The notes under the pieces: model-generated | The model's database searches: none | What the model saw: the letters and a program-made list of their open reading frames with translations, nothing else | Told to the model about the DNA's origin: nothing | Source: Macrostomum lignano | Lineage: Eukaryota | NCBI GenBank assembly: GCA_002269645.1 | Contig: NIVC01000494.1 | Location: forward strand, 124,001-188,000 | Reading direction: 5' to 3' | DNA length: 64,000 nt | Shown here: in pieces, positions 40,101 to 64,000 of the stretch | How the letters are laid out: each line of letters starts with the position of its first letter | How positions within the stretch are numbered: the first letter of the stretch is position 1 | Translations under genes and position numbers: made by a program

Positions 40101-41306
40101 ATCAAGAATTTGGCAAGAGAAAAAGCACGCATTGGATCGAGGCCAAGAAAAATGACAAACGACAGACGAAAATGAATGGTTCGCTTTTGGAAGTATCGAT
40201 TAGAGATGTAAAAAAGAAAACCCCTTTGTTATTTCAACAGATTAGCTATCACTACAGCTCCAGTCATCTCAGGAATTTATCAAAAGAGATCCACAATTTT
40301 AAATTCAAAATGATAAACGCATAAAATCTTCATTCCCAATCAATCATGCAGTTCCTCGCTCCGGCTACTCTGCTGCCCCGTCAGCTGCTAACCGGTACCG
40401 TCAGAGGCAGCCTTTCATGTCCAGCAGCGGCGCCCACCGCAACCCATTCGGCGACTTTGGCTGGTCGCCGTCGCCAGACAAATTTCACCAAACGGCCGCC
40501 AGGCCGACACCGTCACGGGCTGCATTCGAGCAGTCGTCCTACCTACCATCGCAGGGAATCGGACGGGTCGATAGTCCAATCAGACCTAGGCCTGGTGGTC
40601 GCGTTGGTGGTGGCACCGGTGGGTTGAACCAACGCAACAGCGTTTCCGGATCGTTCAACGGGCCTCGATATTCGAGTATGTTGCAAATCGGCAACGGCGG
40701 TGGCGCCGGCGACAGCAGCGGAAGCCCGGCGGAGCCTTTCGCGTACAACAATCGTCAGTACAATACGCCAATTAACATGTATTCGCGTCAGAATATGACC
40801 AACGCTTTCGAAGGACAAACTGGCATTCAGCTCCGAAATCAGCCTGGGTGAGCTCGCTAAGAATTTCGACTTACTTATAAAATGTGACACATGGGTAACT
40901 ACTACGAGAACAAGCAAGGTTCGGTTTTAAAGGAAACTTGGCTCATAGGGGCCGTAGGAAACTTATCCATGTCGTTTTTGCGATTGCACTTGTGAAAAAC
41001 TAAAATCGTTGTCTCTACAGTTTCGATAGATCAATGTTTTTATACGTACATCAAGTGCGTGTAGTTTTTATAGTGTGCATTATCTAATTAATAACATAAT
41101 TTCAAACGTTTCGCAGACGCAGCGCCAATTCTACTCAGGAGCCGGCCTATACCCAGTCGCAGGTGTATAAGCTTGTTCACGAGCAAGATCAGCAGCAGAG
41201 CCATCAGAAACAACAAGCTCGCGTTCAAACTCAGCATCCGCACTCTTGGGCGCATATTAATCGGCAAGAGTCCGAGATGGATGAGCCTGGCGTTTCTGAG
41301 TTCTGA
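34160..41306 (+). CDS. PDZ + ZM (Zasp motif) protein of the ALP/Enigma/Zasp family, no LIM domain found
   Basis: Exons 34160-34264, 35291-35439, 36221-36536, 39223-39457, 40352-40847, 41117-41306, all phase-compatible GT-AG. PDZ: WGFRLQGGAD..PIIVQRVFAGSPA..LQRGD..H.EAQ. ZM: QYNTPINMYS..N..AFEGQ. ALP-like SQVYKLVHE. Probable non-coding exon ending at the donor ~33967. Confidence 0.85.
34415..34960. repeat. 42-47-bp minisatellite (GTAAAGACCATAGACTGTAGCGTCTGTGGCCCTAACCCCGGG), ~12 copies, in PDZ gene intron
   Basis: Read directly. Confidence 0.95.
37143..37299. repeat. 15-bp minisatellite (GGCCATAGACCTCAC), ~10 copies
   Basis: Read directly; an inverted GTCTATGGCC lies at 37365-37374. Confidence 0.95.
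39019..39457 (+). CDS. Possible alternative first or extended exon of the PDZ-ZM gene (MRSSVGSAFVDDDICALK...), giving a PDZ-less isoform
   Basis: The frame upstream of the 39223 acceptor stays open for 68 codons with GC3-rich, coding-like codon use and starts at ATG 39019. Confidence 0.4.
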
Positions 41307-43211
41307 TCGCGTCCATGACTAGTGGCAGACGGACAGATATTGTAAATATTGAGCTGTGTTGTGTGGTGAAAGCGATAAAACCACTTCTCAAAAATGCGTT
41401 AAACAGGAAAATCGATTTTGCCCTTGAGCAAGTACGGAGCTTAAAAATGATGACGCTTTCGAAGTTTCGGGGAATTTTAATAACATGTGCCGATGCGTAT
41501 CCTTGGTACGCGAGAACGAGTTTATTTCAGCGTATTTTAGACCCCCATAACTCGCTCATAATTTGCTCATAGTTTCCTAAATTGCGCTAGCGTTTAGGAA
41601 TGAATTATATTCGAATATTTGTACGAACATATCACAACTACTGTTCTAGCTTTAGTGCGAGTCAAAGTAGTCTTAACCTAATGCTTTATCGCTATAATCG
41701 CCTAATATTATTGCAAATTTATTCTGCTTAGCCAACTAAATCCTGCGTGTCTGGTGTCTCCCGTTGCAAACGTTACCGTGACAAGCATCACTAATTAGAG
41801 TCATTGTCAACAACTCACTGATGACTCTTGCGACCCTTTCGACTGAGAGGCGAACTGTTGAGTCACGAGCGCATAGCGTGAGTTCATCCAAGAGTTTTTG
41901 TGTTAGCGCTTAACCTTCTACTCAGTCAAGTAGACTCAAAAGAGTTGTTACAAACGCGTAATGCGATTCCAATTCATTAAGTGACGCAGATGCGCTTTAG
42001 ACGCAACTCAGTGACTCTAAAGCGACTCCAGCACGCCCTGGATACAACTCTACTGCCCAGAGTCATTATACTCGTAAAATGGTTCCAGAGTCGAGTCAAC
42101 GACAACAAAACGCCTCTAATTGACTCTTAGGCGACTCTTTGACGACTTTTTGGCGACTTGTACCGTGACATCTCGTCGCTTTAGAGTAACTTCATTTCTA
42201 TTTTACCTTTTTTATCTTAAAAGACTCTCTAAAAAACGACTCTGGGACGACGCAAGTGACTCTGGGACGCTCGATATGACAACAAAATGCCCAAGAATAT
42301 TTACTAGTATAGAAAATTCAGATTAAATGCCATTTGATACAGAGAATAATTTATCGAATGCACATTGGAAATCAAAAAATTGTTGCTTAGACACCAATTT
42401 ATATCTTATACCACTAAATATATTATAAGTGATTCGTCGCTTTACTTCATGTAGCATGAAACTTTCGAGAAGTGCCTTACCCTTTTTGAATTATCCGATC
42501 AAACAAAATGGTAGCAAATTAATTTTTTGAGTCTTTTAAACAACACTTCTAGGCCGCATGGCCTCTGCTCGATGCATGTCAAAACCGATCAGAAGGTCCC
42601 ATTGCACAGCTTAATGTATATTTTCAGTAAAATCGTTTAAACGGCCGATCTACCAGTATGACTCGATTCTGAAACTGTGTACAGATGAAGCTTACCATCA
42701 TAACAGCACAGTTGTTACACTCTTAACAGCTCCGCATAATATTCAAAGATTAAAAATGTAAATGGGCAGGCTAAATAAGTTAAGTATTTGACAGTTATTA
42801 TAAGCAAAACAATATTAATGATTGGGGGTAAGTGATAAAGTAAGGTCGGACACCAACTATCTGGGCATTGGGGCCAGAGTGCAAGTTCAGTCCAGGTTAT
42901 TTGAATTGGAGCGCTCCATACATAAGAGTTATGCTCTTGTAGTCTGAATAGCATCGCTTTGACGGGTCCAACAAAGAGGGCAAGGACTACTCAAATAGAC
43001 GGGACGGGAAACTACGTTTCTCGGAAAATTTTTATGTAGCAGGTTTTACAGTAGCTCGTAATCATTACAGAGATTTTTTTTATTATTAGAAGCAGGGGGG
43101 TTGTGTGCACCCTGGCGCACTTTAAGCGACATAGGCACACAACCGGCGAGAGGCATTACTGTCCATTCCGCCGACTCCCCTGAGCAGGCATACAAGCGCG
43201 CGGATACGTAC

Positions 43212-43365
43212 GCAGGCACACACTCACACAGGAGTGTACAGCGGCCCTAACTTTATTTTATCGTTAGGCATGTACACTTCACTGCGCCTTGGGGGGTTGG
43301 CTCTCAAGGCCGTTAATTGCACGAGCAGAGCCAAGCCGAGATTCCAATTCAGCCCCAAATTAATG
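43212..43365 (+). repeat. Dispersed repeat fragment homologous to 21995-22135
   Basis: Same shared blocks as the 22-kb copy. Confidence 0.7.
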
Positions 43366-43932
43366 TGACTGCACTTAATCGAGCCTGGGTCGCTGGCACA
43401 CCCAGAGCCTGCGCTAGACCGCTGGGCTACGGCCCCCAGTATCATTACAGAGATAGGAGATCTTCATTTTTCAGCACAAAATTGTTATTATTGCTTTGAT
43501 AGGAAGCAGACTGTTCTTATAGCTTCATTGATAGTCATACATATAAAGCTGTTCCTCTAGAAAATTAGTTAGCTATGTTAATTTTTATATCCAACGTACA
43601 TGTCCTATGTCTAAGAAACATAGAAAATGGCACAGATCGACTTATTGGTTTGGCTAGAATGTCAATTCCTAATCCCAAATGAAAACCTCGTGGCTCTGTA
43701 CGGCAATGCATTTTTCTATAAAATCTGCCTCCTACAATTTTCCCAGACCCAGAGACGTACGTAGTATTCTATACGTAGTACGTAGACGTACTTGCGTATT
43801 CCTTGCAAAGAGGCAGAAAAAATTATGTAGTCTTAGAAGCTACTTTGGTTTGGTTTTTGCCGGTTAAGAGTTGTCGAAAATCGATAGAATCAATTTGATT
43901 GCAGCAAAGGCAAAAAGCCTTTTTTCACAAAT

Positions 43933-62224
<18,292 letters not shown>

Positions 62225-62437
62225 CGTCGCTGGGCTTTCAGGCTCAGGCCGGAGAAGGCAGCGGCAGAGCAATGGGCCGGAGTTTTTACGCTTATTTGAC
62301 TACCGGAGAAAATTGAGTGGCAAAGAAGAGGGCGGGAAGGGAGAGGCGGCAGAAAGGGAGAAAAAAGAGCAGAGCTGGGAAACCGGATGACTGATTCTGG
62401 ATTGGTCCGAGCAATGCTGCTATAATGGCATGCCAGA

Positions 62438-62441
<4 letters not shown>

Positions 62442-62476
<35 letters not shown>
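62442..62476. repeat. (CT)n microsatellite upstream of the TRPC start
   Basis: Read directly. Confidence 0.95.
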
Positions 62477-62479
<3 letters not shown>

Positions 62480-63055
62480 CCACTTCTTTGAAAGCCCGCG
62501 TGCCCTCGGCGACTGCTGCGAGTAAATGAAGTTACAAGTGCCTTCGTTTGGGCCTTCGCAACCTCCGACCTAGCAGCCGCGAAGCTACGAGAGTAGCGGA
62601 TTTACCCGAGCTGCTGGCATGAATAATCAAAATTCAACTCGTAGAAATTATTTTTAACCGAATTTTAGCACCGATAAGTTCAGATTTGATTCAAAGCCTA
62701 GCTTTAGCCTGAATAGTGCAAGTACAAGTCTGATTTTTATCCAAGTTCAAGCGCCGTCCAGATCCTCTTTCCAAATTTGATGCAAGGAATATGGCTGCAC
62801 TTGATAAAATAGCAGGATAACTTCAGGGTCAGGTTTTGCGCGACACTTGATTAATTAAAATTCTGCAGAAACTGTGCATTTTACAAAGGCAATTAAAGTG
62901 TCTGGCTGACCTGCTTTGGAAACCAACTTTGCGCATATCTGCATGTGTTTCTGGCGTAATGCCAGTGTTAATTGGACTGAAGAACCCTTACAGAATAGTT
63001 TTGCACGTTTCATTTTTTTGTGAGTTTTTAGCGTTCGCTTGTATGCAGGGTGTAG

Positions 63056-63745
63056 AGACAAGGCAGAGAGAGGGCAGGGAGAGGGCATAGAGAGGGCAGA
63101 GAGAGCAGAGAGAGGGCAGTGATAGGGCAGAGAGAGGGCAGAGAGAGGGCAGTGAGAGGGCAGAGAGAGGGCAGAGAGAGCAGAGAGAGGGCAGAGAGAG
63201 GGCGGAAAGAGGGCAGAGAGAGAAGACAGAGAGAAGGAAGAGAGGGCAGAGAGAGGGCAGAGAGATATCAGAGAGGAGGCAGAGAGAGAAGACAGAGAGA
63301 AGGAAGAGAGGGCAGAGAGAGGGCAGAGAGAGAAGACAGAGAGAAGGAAGAGAGGGCAGAGAGAGGGCAGAGAGAGAAGACAGAGAGAAGGAAGAGAGGG
63401 CAGCGAGAGGGCAGAGAGGGCAGAGAAAGGGCAGAGAGAGGGCAGAGAGAGGGCAGAGAGAGAAGACAGAGAGAAGGAAGAGAGGGCAGAGAGAGGGCAG
63501 AGAGAGGGCAGAGAGAGAAGACAGAGAGAAGGAAGAGAGGGCACAGAGAGGGCAGAGAGAGGACAGAGAGAGGGCAGAGAGAGAAGACAGAGAGAAGGAA
63601 GAGAGGGCAGAGAGAGGGCAGAGAGAGAAGACAGAGAGAAGGAAGAGAGAAGGAAGAGAGGGCACAGAGAGGGCAGAGAGAGAAGACAGAGAGAAGACAG
63701 AGAGAAGACAGAGAGAAGGCAGAGAGAAGGCAGAGATAGCAGAGA
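63056..63745. repeat. Degenerate purine-only (GA-rich) composite minisatellite (AGAGAGGGCAG / AGAGAAGAC / GAAGGAAG units)
   Basis: Read directly; the source of the SLPSLCPL ORFs. Confidence 0.93.
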
Positions 63746-64000
63746 CAATTGACAGTTGCAAAAACTAGTTATCCATTATTTTATTTCTCTCAGATTTTTT
63801 ACTCAAACTAATCGTTACTCGCTACTACCCAATTCAGTTTAAGTAGCGAATTATGAATGACAAGCCGGGCTTCAAATTCATCAGAATAGTGAGCCAGCTT
63901 CGATTAAAGAGGCCAATAAATCTGTCTCCGATTGCAAGAGCTTAGAGACCAACAAAATCTTATCGCTTAGCCTGAAATAACCCCCTCCCAAAAGCAACCC

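Noticed and set aside
62225-62272. TTG-initiated N-terminal extension of TRPC given by the ORF track
   Set aside because: Non-ATG starts are an ORF-caller convention; ATG 62224 is the first in-frame Met. An upstream exon cannot be excluded.
62855-63761. SLPSLCPL / REGRE ORFs
   Set aside because: Translations of a purine-only composite repeat.

Overview
Eukaryotic (animal) genomic DNA, not prokaryotic: spliced GT-AG genes with GC-rich exons and AT-rich introns packed with micro- and minisatellites. The style resembles a free-living flatworm such as Macrostomum, but this is an inference I cannot verify. I rebuilt four genes by hand from splice sites and reading-frame phase: (1) a PCTAIRE kinase (CDK16/17/18 family), minus strand, 7 coding exons, ~8.9-22.8 kb; (2) a PP2C/PPM1A-B-like phosphatase with an intronless CDS, minus, 30578-31924; (3) a LIM-less PDZ + ZM-motif (ALP/Zasp-type) gene, plus, 34160-41306; (4) a 14-exon TRPC channel, minus, 43933-62224, with one GC-AG intron. 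The long first intron of the kinase holds an intact, apparently recent non-LTR retrotransposon (APE-RT-RNase H-CCHC, LOA/Lian-like) with a 9-bp target-site duplication (TSD) and a (TAAG)n tail. Its 5' junction creates a TAG acceptor that is in frame with the upstream kinase exon, and host DNA also supplies an in-frame ATG; this is the strongest lead. Other leads: minisatellites built from splice-site-like modules next to real exon boundaries, a ~19-copy heat-shock-element array in a kinase intron, two CORE-type tRNA SINEs, a recurrent CCATAGAC core shared by three unrelated arrays, and an unusual TRPC pore-filter residue. No CRISPR array, rRNA or true tRNA gene was found. Most long ORFs in the supplied track are repeat artefacts.
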